A stretch of DNA of 64,000 bases. Origin: a virus (taxonomy: Duplodnaviria; Caudoviricetes). Positions 10,024 through 19,678 of this stretch are shown one piece after another. Numbering within the stretch: position 1 is the stretch's first letter; every line of letters starts with the position of its first letter. Both the position numbers and the translations under genes were made by a program. The notes under the pieces are model-generated. The model had not been told where the DNA came from. It worked only from the letters and a program-made list of their open reading frames with translations, and did not search any database. The stretch spans positions 1-64,000 of the IMG/VR virus record IMGVR_UViG_3300027807_000003; one strand, given 5' to 3'.

Positions 10024-11400
10024 ATGACTGCTACCACCAATACATCCAAAGTAAAAACCACAATCCAACAGGCTTACCATAAGAGGTATCTTACGGAGCA
10101 CACACTAGAATACACAGCCCCAAACGGGGATATCATCGAGATAATTTCCATCAAGGAAAATACAGGGAAAGATAAGACTAAAAAACCTTATACGGTGGGA
10201 TTCCGCAATACGGCAGATGATTCCGAGTACTCCTGTAATACTGTAGGGGATATGCCCTGCTTTATGTCCGTATCTATCCCTCCTGCTAAAGAGCCAGTAA
10301 AAACAGTAGAAGATCCGATTAAAAGTACACTCGCTCAAGTTATCCAAGATGGCTTATTATCAAGCCACGACGTTAGGTTCACATCGAAGGGTATCGAGTA
10401 CGATATCCGCAGCATTTCCGCGATCCAAGATGATGGAAAATGTAGTATCAAGTACGTACCTATCTTGAATACCATGCAGATCCTATCTGCGAGAACCCCC
10501 CTGACTACGGTTGTGTTTTTGTATCCATATAACAATCCTGATACGACACCACCTAAAGAAGATCCAGTAGCAGAACCAGTACCATTTAACGTAGAAGATC
10601 TAGTAAAAAAACTGAAAACGCTCGATACCCGTGAGGAAGGGTATCAGATACTAGATGAATTTTCTAAAACCAAGGATATATTGGAGTCTATGTGTAGGTA
10701 TTTAGATATACCTACACATAGGCAGAGTGCCCAAACACTGAGAGAGAAAATTGTACAGGCTACCATTGGGTTTAGGTTGGAATCCAAAACTATTCGCGGC
10801 GAAAACACTACTAATTTTAATGACCTAACAGCTGTGGTTGAGTTAGTTAAGGATTTTTCAAATGACTCTAAATTGGCTTTGATTAATCTGCTGATATTGC
10901 AGATGTCTGATCCTGCTACATCCCCTAATACTACCACCAATCCTGCTCCCACCAAGGTAGATACTAATCCTGCCAACAATCCTAAGCCTGTTACTGCCAC
11001 CAAGCCTACCACCAAGCCTACCACCACCACCAATGACGAAGATAGGGACAAGTCCTACGAATCCTTATACCCTGCTTTATGCGAATGGAAACAATTGAGA
11101 GATAGCGGAAAAACAATCAAGAGTTTTAGTCCTGAACAATCTCATGGCGCTGGATACGCTTCCATAGTGGAAGAATTGAAGGTAATAGACTGGCTGGATG
11201 GTCTTCATCCTTCACACAAATCGCAGATCCTAGAGAGATGGAAGAAAGGCGAAATTAAATTCAGCCTTTTGAACGGTATCTGTAAGCCTAACTATCATGT
11301 CCATTACCCATCAAACGCTACTTTAATCGCACTGGGCCGCATGGAAGCCAAGTCACAAGGTGAGTACAAAGCAGCCATAGCTGCCAAAAAATCTGCCTAG
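10024..11400 (+). CDS. Hypothetical early protein with Thr/Pro-rich linker
   Basis: 458-aa ORF, AAGGA RBS. Confidence 0.8.
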   Translation: MTATTNTSKVKTTIQQAYHKRYLTEHTLEYTAPNGDIIEIISIKENTGKDKTKKPYTVGFRNTADDSEYSCNTVGDMPCFMSVSIPPAKEPVKTVEDPIKSTLAQVIQDGLLSSHDVRFTSKGIEYDIRSISAIQDDGKCSIKYVPILNTMQILSARTPLTTVVFLYPYNNPDTTPPKEDPVAEPVPFNVEDLVKKLKTLDTREEGYQILDEFSKTKDILESMCRYLDIPTHRQSAQTLREKIVQATIGFRLESKTIRGENTTNFNDLTAVVELVKDFSNDSKLALINLLILQMSDPATSPNTTTNPAPTKVDTNPANNPKPVTATKPTTKPTTTTNDEDRDKSYESLYPALCEWKQLRDSGKTIKSFSPEQSHGAGYASIVEELKVIDWLDGLHPSHKSQILERWKKGEIKFSLLNGICKPNYHVHYPSNATLIALGRMEAKSQGEYKAAIAAKKSA

Positions 11401-11476
11401 CCCACCAAGACCGATCGCTCCTTACTCCCAAGAGTACCAAGGCAGCGATCGTCTTCCCATACTCAAAATTTTCATC

Positions 11477-12010
11477 ATGAGGTACACCATGTCTAAAACA
11501 GTCAGAGAACGGGAATTAGAAAATCTTGTAGTACAGTTGCAAGATGATATAAAGCAGTACAAAGACTGTATAACCCTGATGCTCAGGGGAATACAAAATA
11601 TAGATGAGGAAGTCAAAAACAAGTTTGGGTTTGGGCCTAAAATGAACAGCCCATCTAAACTACAGGAAATTAGCCGTAGAATAAGCGAGACAGATAAAGT
11701 AATTTCTACCTTTATAGAGGTAGATACTCAGGATTTACCACCAGGCCTAGAGCCGGAGCTAGAGCCAGAGCTAGAGCCAGAGCTAGAGCCAGAGCCAGAG
11801 CCAGAGCCAGAGCTAGAGCTAGAGCTAGAGCCGGAGCTAGAGCCGGAGCTAGAGCCAGAGCCAGAGCTAGAGCTAGAGCCAGAGCCAGAGCTAGAGCCGG
11901 AGCTAGAGCCAGAGCCAGAGCCAGAGCTAGAGCCAGAGCTAGAACCTAAAAAAACTCGGTACCTGCATCCTGATGAGGCCGTCGGTTCCAGACGGCATTG
12001 GAGGAAATAA
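11477..12010 (+). CDS. Hypothetical protein with Glu-Pro/Glu-Leu repeat (start may be ATG 11489)
   Basis: Coiled coil followed by an EPEL tract. Confidence 0.75.
   Translation: MRYTMSKTVRERELENLVVQLQDDIKQYKDCITLMLRGIQNIDEEVKNKFGFGPKMNSPSKLQEISRRISETDKVISTFIEVDTQDLPPGLEPELEPELEPELEPEPEPEPELELELEPELEPELEPEPELELEPEPELEPELEPEPEPELEPELEPKKTRYLHPDEAVGSRRHWRK
11747..11946 (+). repeat. Hexamer tandem repeat (GAGCTA/GAGCCA/GAGCCG) coding the EPEL tract
   Basis: Directly visible. Confidence 0.95.
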
Positions 12011-12068
12011 AAAAGCTTAATACCCTACTGGGTAAGGTGAGTAGCCTACCTAGTAGGGTATAGGAGTA

Positions 12069-12470
12069 ATGAGCATGAACGATGATGATGATATTGATAG
12101 CTTATTAGCTAGCCTAGCTAGCCTAGCTAGTTTGTCTGATGTGTTAGTAGGTGGTGTCCCGGCCACCAACAGTACCACCAACACCATCAACAACGGGTAT
12201 GTAGTGGCTGTTAGTGGGGGTCTATTTCTAATAGATCGCGAAAGTTTAAAAGTTTTCTCTTTGGGAGCATGCGATCGCACTCCCAATCTGGGGATAAGTG
12301 ATGGCGATCGCGTTACCTATTCCCTATCCGGGTCATTGTCCGTATACCCGGATATGTTCAAAAAAATTAGCCAGGGTATTTTGGCTAAATACCCACTGGC
12401 TAAAATTAGCCACCAAAGTAAGGACTTTGTGGCATGGTCAGCCATACCAAAGGGGGTTAATAATGTTTGA
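12069..12470 (+). CDS. Hypothetical protein
   Basis: ORF with AGGAG RBS. Confidence 0.7.
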   Translation: MSMNDDDDIDSLLASLASLASLSDVLVGGVPATNSTTNTINNGYVVAVSGGLFLIDRESLKVFSLGACDRTPNLGISDGDRVTYSLSGSLSVYPDMFKKISQGILAKYPLAKISHQSKDFVAWSAIPKGVNNV

Positions 12471-12945
12471 CGATCCCGATCCCATTGTCGAGCTAAATCG
12501 CATTTCCCAGAGCCTCTACTCGCTCTTTGGGTTCGAGCGAGAAACCGATCCTAACGTACCTAACGTAAAATTTCTGAGAAAAGGCAGGTTGCAGATATCA
12601 TATGGCCGTTATCGGCTAGATATCTGCGGTAGCACAAATACCACCTTATGGTATTTGTGTGATGATGGCGTATTACGCCAATCCTATGACTGGGATATAT
12701 TTACCCAGATCGTAGAACTCTGCCTAGAGTACAGATTGGTTAGGTTCCGTACGCTCGCTAGGGTGTGCGATCGCCTAACCCCCATCTTCGTTAACCGTCG
12801 CGCTACCACCCGCGACAAGGTAAATGAATGGTGGTACGGGGAAATATCCAAGTATGATCCTGACTATAAATGGAGTGGTCATGCTCCGACCACCTTACCA
12901 AAGGTGGTAAGGTTGGTGAAGCATGATCAGTTAAAAGCTTCCTAA
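12463..12945 (+). CDS. Hypothetical protein (start at ATG 12463)
   Basis: AGGGGG RBS; overlaps previous stop. Confidence 0.65.
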   Translation: MFDDPDPIVELNRISQSLYSLFGFERETDPNVPNVKFLRKGRLQISYGRYRLDICGSTNTTLWYLCDDGVLRQSYDWDIFTQIVELCLEYRLVRFRTLARVCDRLTPIFVNRRATTRDKVNEWWYGEISKYDPDYKWSGHAPTTLPKVVRLVKHDQLKAS

Positions 12946-13149
12946 TTCCTATGGCTAGTTAGCCCTATCCCTAGCTAGCCCAAATACTCAAGGTAGCCTA
13001 GCCTAGTAGTTTAAGCCTACTGCTAGCCTACCTACTGGATAGGTGCGATCGCCTAAGTAATACCGTCAGGTTGTAGGCTCGCACCTCAGATTCGATGTCT
13101 GAGCGATCGCCTACACGGGGTCTGTTTTTCACCCGTGTTCTGATAGAAA

Positions 13150-13455
13150 ATGCAAATGTATCTAGTCTGTATTCAAGAGTCGGTTTATGCAGCCAGCTTT
13201 TCACAAAAGTTGGCGAACAAATACTGTGAAAACCTGCCACCGGTAAAGCGCCAAAGATCGCAAATAGAGGAAGGGGGATTGAGAAATTGGGAGGAAACTA
13301 TTCCTCCTAATGTCGTAGTAATTGACTACGACAAAAATAAAAACAGAATATTCATTTCCAAAAATAAAGATAGGGTGTACGGATGGTGGGTCGGGGAATG
13401 CCCACTGCTCGTATTCCCAGAAGACGCAATGGCAGCAAATAACTGGATTGGCTAG
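13150..13455 (+). CDS. Hypothetical protein
   Basis: 101-aa ORF, co-oriented. Confidence 0.6.
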   Translation: MQMYLVCIQESVYAASFSQKLANKYCENLPPVKRQRSQIEEGGLRNWEETIPPNVVVIDYDKNKNRIFISKNKDRVYGWWVGECPLLVFPEDAMAANNWIG

Positions 13456-13484
13456 CAGAAATAAAGTTTCTGGAAAGGGTATCT

Positions 13485-13649
13485 TCCTAGCGCATGATAT
13501 CCTTTCCCTGCTACTCACCACCTTTCCGGTGAGTAGATCGTAAAAAACCTATCCCTTACAGAGTAAGGTTTCTAGACGATTTTACAAAAGTAGTTGACAA
13601 ACAAACTAAACAACTACTATAGTAATAATTCAGTCTAGTTTTAGACACA
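13485..13649 (+). repeat. 165-bp promoter cassette, copy 1 (TTGACA 13594, TATAGT 13618)
   Basis: Identical to 15827-15991 except for 2 substitutions. Confidence 0.95.
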
Positions 13650-13684
13650 AAACAACCAAGTTAAGTTAATTGGAGGAAAGTTTT

Positions 13685-13939
13685 ATGCCTAGAGATACGC
13701 GTCCTGAATGGGCAAAAATATGTAGAAATTTTGATGGGTCGATATCCCATCGAGGTTTCTCGTACGAGACAATACTGAGGATTGAAAACCTATGCAAAAC
13801 ATTCAATGTTCCCTTGAACAGTGGGTCTTTAGTACAGATAAAAACATATACTGCTCATGTAAACAAAGTATCTTGGAGGGATGGGTACAAAACAGAGGTG
13901 TATGTTGATGGGAAAAATATAGGTAGCTACACTTATTAG
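13685..13939 (+). CDS. Hypothetical protein
   Basis: GGAGG RBS before ATG 13685, after the promoter repeat. Confidence 0.7.
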   Translation: MPRDTRPEWAKICRNFDGSISHRGFSYETILRIENLCKTFNVPLNSGSLVQIKTYTAHVNKVSWRDGYKTEVYVDGKNIGSYTY

Positions 13940-14080
13940 ATACCTATATTCTGCCCGATCGCTCTTTAGTTCTTTTTACCGGAGCTAGGTGCGATCGCTT
14001 CCCCCAACGATTGCTTAAAATTTTAGCGTTAGGCGATCGTTTGGGGAAACCCAATAAACCAAGTTAAGTCAGGAGATCGC

Positions 14081-14290
14081 ATGAAAGCAGTAGTGTCTAT
14101 CCGCCCACTAGGGTGGTTAGAAGAAATAGTAATGGAACTCCCAGCCGAATCGCCCGGTCCTTGTAGCGGGCGCTGCGTAGTTGCCGGGTACGAGAACGGC
14201 AACTACGCTAAACCTGTCTGGGTGCGGATCCCAGAGAAGTTTGGCAATATAAATGACGTTATTGTTTCATTGATGGAAGTAAAGAAATGA
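14081..14290 (+). CDS. Hypothetical protein
   Basis: AGGAG RBS, ACCAAGTTAA leader. Confidence 0.7.
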   Translation: MKAVVSIRPLGWLEEIVMELPAESPGPCSGRCVVAGYENGNYAKPVWVRIPEKFGNINDVIVSLMEVKK

Positions 14291-14607
14291 TGAAATTAAT
14301 TAAGAAAGAAAAAATCGATTTAGGCATTTGCCTGATCGATATATATCGCCAACCGGGTGATTTATGTGAATCTTGGGACATTGTCCTTGCCTGCAAGGAC
14401 GGTTCTTTTGCCCGTGCCCCTTACGCGGGTTATGGTCCGGACGCACCAGAGTGCCGTCCTATTAGTGATTTCCATCCCATACCACTGGTATGGGTGTATG
14501 AGGAGTATGACCATAACGGTCATACTGAATCCTGCACAACTATATTATTGGATTCACCACAGGAATCCATAATATGCCACCGCGAAGGGTGGCTACAAGG
14601 TTGGTAG
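14287..14607 (+). CDS. Hypothetical protein
   Basis: ATGA overlap with the previous gene. Confidence 0.65.
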   Translation: MMKLIKKEKIDLGICLIDIYRQPGDLCESWDIVLACKDGSFARAPYAGYGPDAPECRPISDFHPIPLVWVYEEYDHNGHTESCTTILLDSPQESIICHREGWLQGW

Positions 14608-14793
14608 GATTCTAGAGGGTATCTTAGTTCGTGATACCCTCACCCCAGCGATCGCTCAATGAAAGTAGCGAGAGGAAAACTCTTCTGATGCTTTAGCTCC
14701 GAGATTGTCAACTTTCGGATGTTAGACAGTGTTAGGCGATCGCTAGGGTAAAACCATAAATCACACAATCAACTTAAGGGACTTAAGGTAAAA

Positions 14794-15117
14794 ATGAAAA
14801 TTCAAGCATTACTAGAGGACGGTTCTGTTGTACATAAAAATGAGATAGTGCTCATTGAAAGGGCGCTCGGCAAACATCTGGACTGGGAGGAAGTCCCAGA
14901 CACCCGGCAAACGGCCGGTTCTTACTTTCAAGTAATATATGAAGCTGAGGTCAGCGAAGAAGAATTTTTGATCGCCGACGAGGCGGTGAGCAATACTAGC
15001 TCACTCAAAGCAATACGAGAATTCGTAACAAACCACGACAAGGGTTATTTCACCATCATAGGTGGGGACGAAAGAAGCAAAATTCTTTCTTACTCCAGCA
15101 AATTAGCAACCAATTAG
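14794..15117 (+). CDS. Hypothetical protein
   Basis: 107-aa ORF, AAGG RBS. Confidence 0.65.
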   Translation: MKIQALLEDGSVVHKNEIVLIERALGKHLDWEEVPDTRQTAGSYFQVIYEAEVSEEEFLIADEAVSNTSSLKAIREFVTNHDKGYFTIIGGDERSKILSYSSKLATN

Positions 15118-15164
15118 CACCTCAAGAAAAACTCATAATTGCGATTGATAACTTAGGGTTTGCT

Positions 15165-15201
15165 AAAAAAGATTTGCAACGCCCGTACGCAAATCTTTTT
15201 T
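15165..15201 (+). terminator. Intrinsic terminator (possibly bidirectional)
   Basis: AAAAAAGATTTGC...GCAAATCTTTTTT. Confidence 0.7.
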
Positions 15202-15426
15202 ACCTGCCTCGCTACTTGCCAAGGGGGATCTATTTCCTGATCTCCCGTGCACCCTTCCCACCAGGGGAATCAGGTTTAGTAATTGAAGCTCCCACGGGAA
15301 GCTTCAATTGCTGATCGCCTTTAATCTGGTAGTCTGAAAAGAGAATCGCTTTCCCCTAGTGGTTGTCCACTTAAGCAACCACTAGGGAAACCCCATCAAC
15401 CAACAAGTTAACTAAAAACAAAACGA

Positions 15427-15825
15427 ATGAGTGCAAAAGAAGACGACTTGTTTCGGTATCCGGACAAGTCATTGTGTCCGGATAAGTCATTGTTCGTAAT
15501 AATACCAGGGAAGCAAGAAGGCTTTGACAATAAGCCTGGCTGGTACCAATTCGTATGGGAGGATGGGCATCCAGATCTTCCCAATCGGATTAATTTGCTC
15601 GATCTGACTGATGAGCAGATCAAGTTATTAGAGTGGTTTCCATATGATACAATCTCTGGTTTCCATGATCTACCAACTACCGAGGAACTGTTGAGCAAAG
15701 TCCAACAGTATTATGACGAATGCGGAGGTGACCCAGACAATTTGGGTGCAGCAGATGATGACCTGCCACCAGGTCAAAAGATTGTAGGACGACTTCGAGT
15801 CGTTCTCAGAAAAAATAAATCTTAG
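15427..15825 (+). CDS. Hypothetical protein
   Basis: 132-aa ORF. Confidence 0.7.
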   Translation: MSAKEDDLFRYPDKSLCPDKSLFVIIPGKQEGFDNKPGWYQFVWEDGHPDLPNRINLLDLTDEQIKLLEWFPYDTISGFHDLPTTEELLSKVQQYYDECGGDPDNLGAADDDLPPGQKIVGRLRVVLRKNKS

Positions 15826-15826
15826 A

Positions 15827-15991
15827 TCCTAGCGCGTGATATCCTTTCCCTGCTACTCACCACCTTTCCGGTGAGTAGATCGTAAAAAACCTATCCCTTA
15901 CAGAGTAAGGTTTCTAGACGATTTTACAAAAGTAGTTGACAAACAAACTAGACAACTACTATAGTAATAATTCAGTCTAGTTTTAGACACA
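15827..15991 (+). repeat. 165-bp promoter cassette, copy 2, upstream of yefM
   Basis: Near-identical to 13485-13649. Confidence 0.95.
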
Positions 15992-16023
15992 GAAAACCAA
16001 GTTGACTAACAAGGAACTAAGTT

Positions 16024-16302
16024 ATGCAAGTAATAGATTACTCCGAAGCTAAGGACAAATTAGATGAAATCTGCGACCAAGTTGTTTTAAGCCGTGATGC
16101 AGTGATTGTTGAGAGAGAAGATAGTGAAAATGTTGCTCTCATCCCAGCAGACGATTTAATTAGCATGAAAGAAACTCTTCACCTACTGAGTTCTAAGGAA
16201 AATGCATCTCGTTTGTTTGCTGCCTTAGAAGAGGCAGAGTCAGGGAATCTTAAGCCTCAGACACTTGATGAACTGTATGAGGAATTAGAGAAGGATGACT
16301 AA
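16024..16302 (+). CDS. yefM: Phd/YefM-family antitoxin, orphan (no yoeB)
   Basis: YSEAKDKL..ICDQV....VIVER...ENVALI...SMKETLHLLSSKENASRL. Confidence 0.9.
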   Translation: MQVIDYSEAKDKLDEICDQVVLSRDAVIVEREDSENVALIPADDLISMKETLHLLSSKENASRLFAALEEAESGNLKPQTLDELYEELEKDD

Positions 16303-16506
16303 AATCATTAAGTAAATTAGCGCGATCGCTCCTCCAGAGGGAAGGGCGATCGCCCACCCCCTCGCTTATTTAGAACCCTAGATAAGCGAGGGGGTAACAC
16401 CCATTTTGAATAACCGCGATTGTCTGTGGCTATTTTATGGCTTGTGAGCGATCGCGTGTCTGCTAGATGCATACATCACTTATTAATTAAAAGGAAAAAG
16501 TAAATT

Positions 16507-16905
16507 ATGGCAATGGGTCCATATTGCACATTGGCTGAAAAGTCAAGCAATATCGTAGTTGATTGTTTGCGCGATGAAGAAAGTGTATTCGTTTTGATAG
16601 AAATATCAAAACGAATACACTTTCGTGAAAAGCTTGCAAAAGCAATTGTAGAAGAGTTATTAGAAGAGGACACAGACAAATTCCTATACGCCGATCCCAT
16701 CGGCGGTAATATTTACTCGTTGAGAGAAGACGAAAATGGGTGGATTTTACACCCACGAGTCTGGTGGCGAGTGCGAACGTGTAGTGACTTTTTCATTGGA
16801 GTTAATTTTGATTTTAAACAGCTACTAAAGCTGTATAATAAAAACGAATTAATCCAAATAGCTTTTGAACTAATTGCTGATAAATATCAGCTATCAATAG
16901 ATTAA
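16507..16905 (+). CDS. Hypothetical protein
   Basis: 132-aa ORF. Confidence 0.7.
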   Translation: MAMGPYCTLAEKSSNIVVDCLRDEESVFVLIEISKRIHFREKLAKAIVEELLEEDTDKFLYADPIGGNIYSLREDENGWILHPRVWWRVRTCSDFFIGVNFDFKQLLKLYNKNELIQIAFELIADKYQLSID

Positions 16906-16989
16906 CTCTATGATTTAGCGATCGCTCTCATCACTTCTGCCCCCAGAGAGCGATCGCACCAAGTATTAACCCCATAACCCATAACCCCT

Positions 16990-18111
16990 ATGGCCAATTC
17001 TTCCCCCGTGAGAATTGGTGCATTACTGTGGTGGCATATCCCCAGTGATGCCCAATTCTCACGGAATGACCTGATCGCCAATGCCCGTAAGTACGGGATA
17101 GGTGACAGGTACATTCCTGAACAAATCTCATTTATCTCTGCGTTCAAGCGCGGGATCGCAGAGATAAAAACTAGTACAGATCGCTCTCAGGGGATTCTCC
17201 TGCGAGAGATCAAAGAGCGTGGTGGGAGTAAGCCCACCAGCAATAGCAACAGTGACTATAAAGTTGCTGTTGTTAAAGAGGAAGCTTCATTTCGCAGAAG
17301 TGAAGTTTCCCATTTGCAGCTAGGTACGGTTACAGCGAACCGCACCCTAGAAACCATAGAATCTCATCCTGCTTATCAGATTAATAAAGAGCAGGAAGAG
17401 TTATTCCAGCAAACGGCGGAAGAAGTGCGAGCCGCGTACCGTCGCGCCCTTCTGTACAACGCTGATGACCTTCGGCGGATGTTATCTCGGTTCGCCGACT
17501 TGTGCGCTGTTTCCCTCCGGCGCTCTGGAGGGGTTTACTTTGTTCCCGAGCAATACTGCTCGGATCTTGAGAATTTCAAAAAGTTTATCTATGCCGTAGG
17601 TGGAGGTGCGGCAATCCAAATAGATATACTTCCCCAGTACATGGTAAATGCAGAGGACATTGTTTCCCTGCGCCGTGTGGCTCAGGAAGTATTTCAGGAA
17701 GAGGTTAAGAATTTGCAGGAAGCTAGTGTCAGTCTTCTGCAAGACATGAAAGACACAAAGATTAGCCAAGTCACAAAAGCCAAGCGCGAATCTCTGGCTA
17801 AAAAGGTCGAAGGGTTTGACGAGCAGCGCCAACGGATCGAAGCGTTCTCAGAAACCCTACAACTGGAGTCCGAAGGTCTGTTGCAGCAGATCGCCGAACT
17901 CCGGCAAACTCTAGAACCAGATGTTAAGCGTCTGGGTATTCCATCAAAACCAGTAACCAAGGTAGTCCCTAAGCTGAGGGAAGTTACCAAAGTTGAGGTA
18001 CCTACACCACACCCTATCCCCGATCCCGTCCCATCGTCATCCCCTCAGCAGAGGGAAATAGACCAGATGCTAGCCGACCTCGGTGGGTTAGCAGATTTAC
18101 TCAAAGTCTAA
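16990..18111 (+). CDS. DUF6744/DUF3150-like protein of the kind found beside phage MoxR-VWA genes
   Basis: N-terminal G.LLWW, GGVYFVP, C-terminal coiled coil. Confidence 0.6.
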   Translation: MANSSPVRIGALLWWHIPSDAQFSRNDLIANARKYGIGDRYIPEQISFISAFKRGIAEIKTSTDRSQGILLREIKERGGSKPTSNSNSDYKVAVVKEEASFRRSEVSHLQLGTVTANRTLETIESHPAYQINKEQEELFQQTAEEVRAAYRRALLYNADDLRRMLSRFADLCAVSLRRSGGVYFVPEQYCSDLENFKKFIYAVGGGAAIQIDILPQYMVNAEDIVSLRRVAQEVFQEEVKNLQEASVSLLQDMKDTKISQVTKAKRESLAKKVEGFDEQRQRIEAFSETLQLESEGLLQQIAELRQTLEPDVKRLGIPSKPVTKVVPKLREVTKVEVPTPHPIPDPVPSSSPQQREIDQMLADLGGLADLLKV

Positions 18112-18175
18112 AATCGCCCCCGGTTAATCCGGGGGTTTGCTTTTCATACACACTAAACTTAGGAGAATTGTTGTC

Positions 18176-19642
18176 ATGGCTGTTGTAAAAGTTAATTTAG
18201 GCGATCTGTCTGTTACCCAAAAATTCTATATCCTTTCTAGGCAGCTTAAGCGCGAGTGCTTAGAAAGGGAATATGCAGTTGATTCTGTTCTGGCTCTGCT
18301 GATATCTAAGCAGCATGGGCTAATGTTGGGACCACCAGGAACGGGTAAATCAATGCTTCTCAGACTCATCTGTGAGTCAGTTATTGGGGCTAATTTCTTC
18401 AGCCGACTAATCGGTGAAGACACTCGCCCTGAAGAGTTATTCGGACCAATCTCAGCGAAGGGATTGAGGGAAGAGGAAAAATATGAGCGCGTGCTTCGGG
18501 GTCGTCTCCCTGAAGCACACATTGCTTTTTTAGATGAAATATTCAAGGCACCTGGTGCGTGCCATAACTCCCTATTAGGGATCATGAACGAACGCATCTT
18601 TGAGAACGGAACGCAGCAGATTAAGGTTCCCCTTCGCATGGCAGTGGGGGCAAGTAACGAACTACCAGAGGGGGAAGATAACCCCTTTCTGGATCGTTTC
18701 GCATGGAAAATCTGGGTAGATTATCTATCCCCAGAGGGACTAACTGCACTCCTCAAACGGAAGTATGAGGAGAACCGCAAGTGTGCAGTTACGGTCAAGC
18801 TCACAATACCAGAGTTAGATGAGGCTTTGGCGCTGGCTAAAAAAATAAAGGTTGACCACGTGATAGGTGTGGTTGTCAAGGTCAATGAAGACCTGAAGTC
18901 AGCTAATTTATCTGCGGCGAGCGATCGCCGTATGGGTCAGATCCTAGACTTTCTCCAAGCGTTTGCTTGGGTAAGAGGTGAGAAGAAAGTCACCCTAGAA
19001 ATTATTAAAGAAGTAATGCCAGACTGTATCTGGCAAAATAAAGAAGATATTCAAAAAATTAAAGAAAGTATTCATAAGTCTGTCAATGGCTATGCCAATG
19101 CACTGACTGAAATTAGGGAACAAGTAGAAGCCTCCAAAACCGTTATTACGGTAGTCTTGCCTGAGAATTCAGTAAGTACTGAAGACAAGGTAAATACTTG
19201 CCTCAAGCTGATATCTAATCTAGAGGTATTGGAATCTAAGTTAGCTAATGCTAGTAACTCTGGGTTCTTTAGCCAAGAAAGTATAGATATTCTGGATCAA
19301 GACATTAAAGATGTAATAAATTTAGTATATAAAAATATGCAAAAATACGAGTCAGAGAAAGCTGACTCGCTCTTAGATAATTACGAACACCATCTAACAG
19401 GTGAGATTTTGAGACTCACATCTACCTCACTTGATGCGAGGGATGACCAATGGCTAGAGGATGTCAGAGCAAAGGTGGAAGAATTGAAGGGTGCGATCGC
19501 TTTCTTCCACCAAAACAAAGCAGATCGCAACAGTCCCTTCATAACTTACATCAATGCTTCCGAGGATAGGAAGATTAAATTTAAAAAGACACTCATAGAC
19601 CTAATATCAAAAGTCGAGTACGCCCTAAAGGGTGGGGTCTAA
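18176..19642 (+). CDS. MoxR/RavA-like AAA+ ATPase
   Basis: GPPGTGKS, PEELFGP, FLDEIFKA, GASNELP, DRF; AGGAG RBS before ATG 18176. Confidence 0.9.
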   Translation: MAVVKVNLGDLSVTQKFYILSRQLKRECLEREYAVDSVLALLISKQHGLMLGPPGTGKSMLLRLICESVIGANFFSRLIGEDTRPEELFGPISAKGLREEEKYERVLRGRLPEAHIAFLDEIFKAPGACHNSLLGIMNERIFENGTQQIKVPLRMAVGASNELPEGEDNPFLDRFAWKIWVDYLSPEGLTALLKRKYEENRKCAVTVKLTIPELDEALALAKKIKVDHVIGVVVKVNEDLKSANLSAASDRRMGQILDFLQAFAWVRGEKKVTLEIIKEVMPDCIWQNKEDIQKIKESIHKSVNGYANALTEIREQVEASKTVITVVLPENSVSTEDKVNTCLKLISNLEVLESKLANASNSGFFSQESIDILDQDIKDVINLVYKNMQKYESEKADSLLDNYEHHLTGEILRLTSTSLDARDDQWLEDVRAKVEELKGAIAFFHQNKADRNSPFITYINASEDRKIKFKKTLIDLISKVEYALKGGV

Positions 19643-19678
19643 GTAATTAAGTATAAATAATAAGAGGGGGATAAAATC

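Noticed and set aside
11747-11946. Repeat array as CRISPR or DGR
   Set aside because: Simple in-frame hexamer repeat coding EPEL
12950-13040. CTAG/CCTA-rich low-complexity stretch
   Set aside because: No consistent period or clear structure
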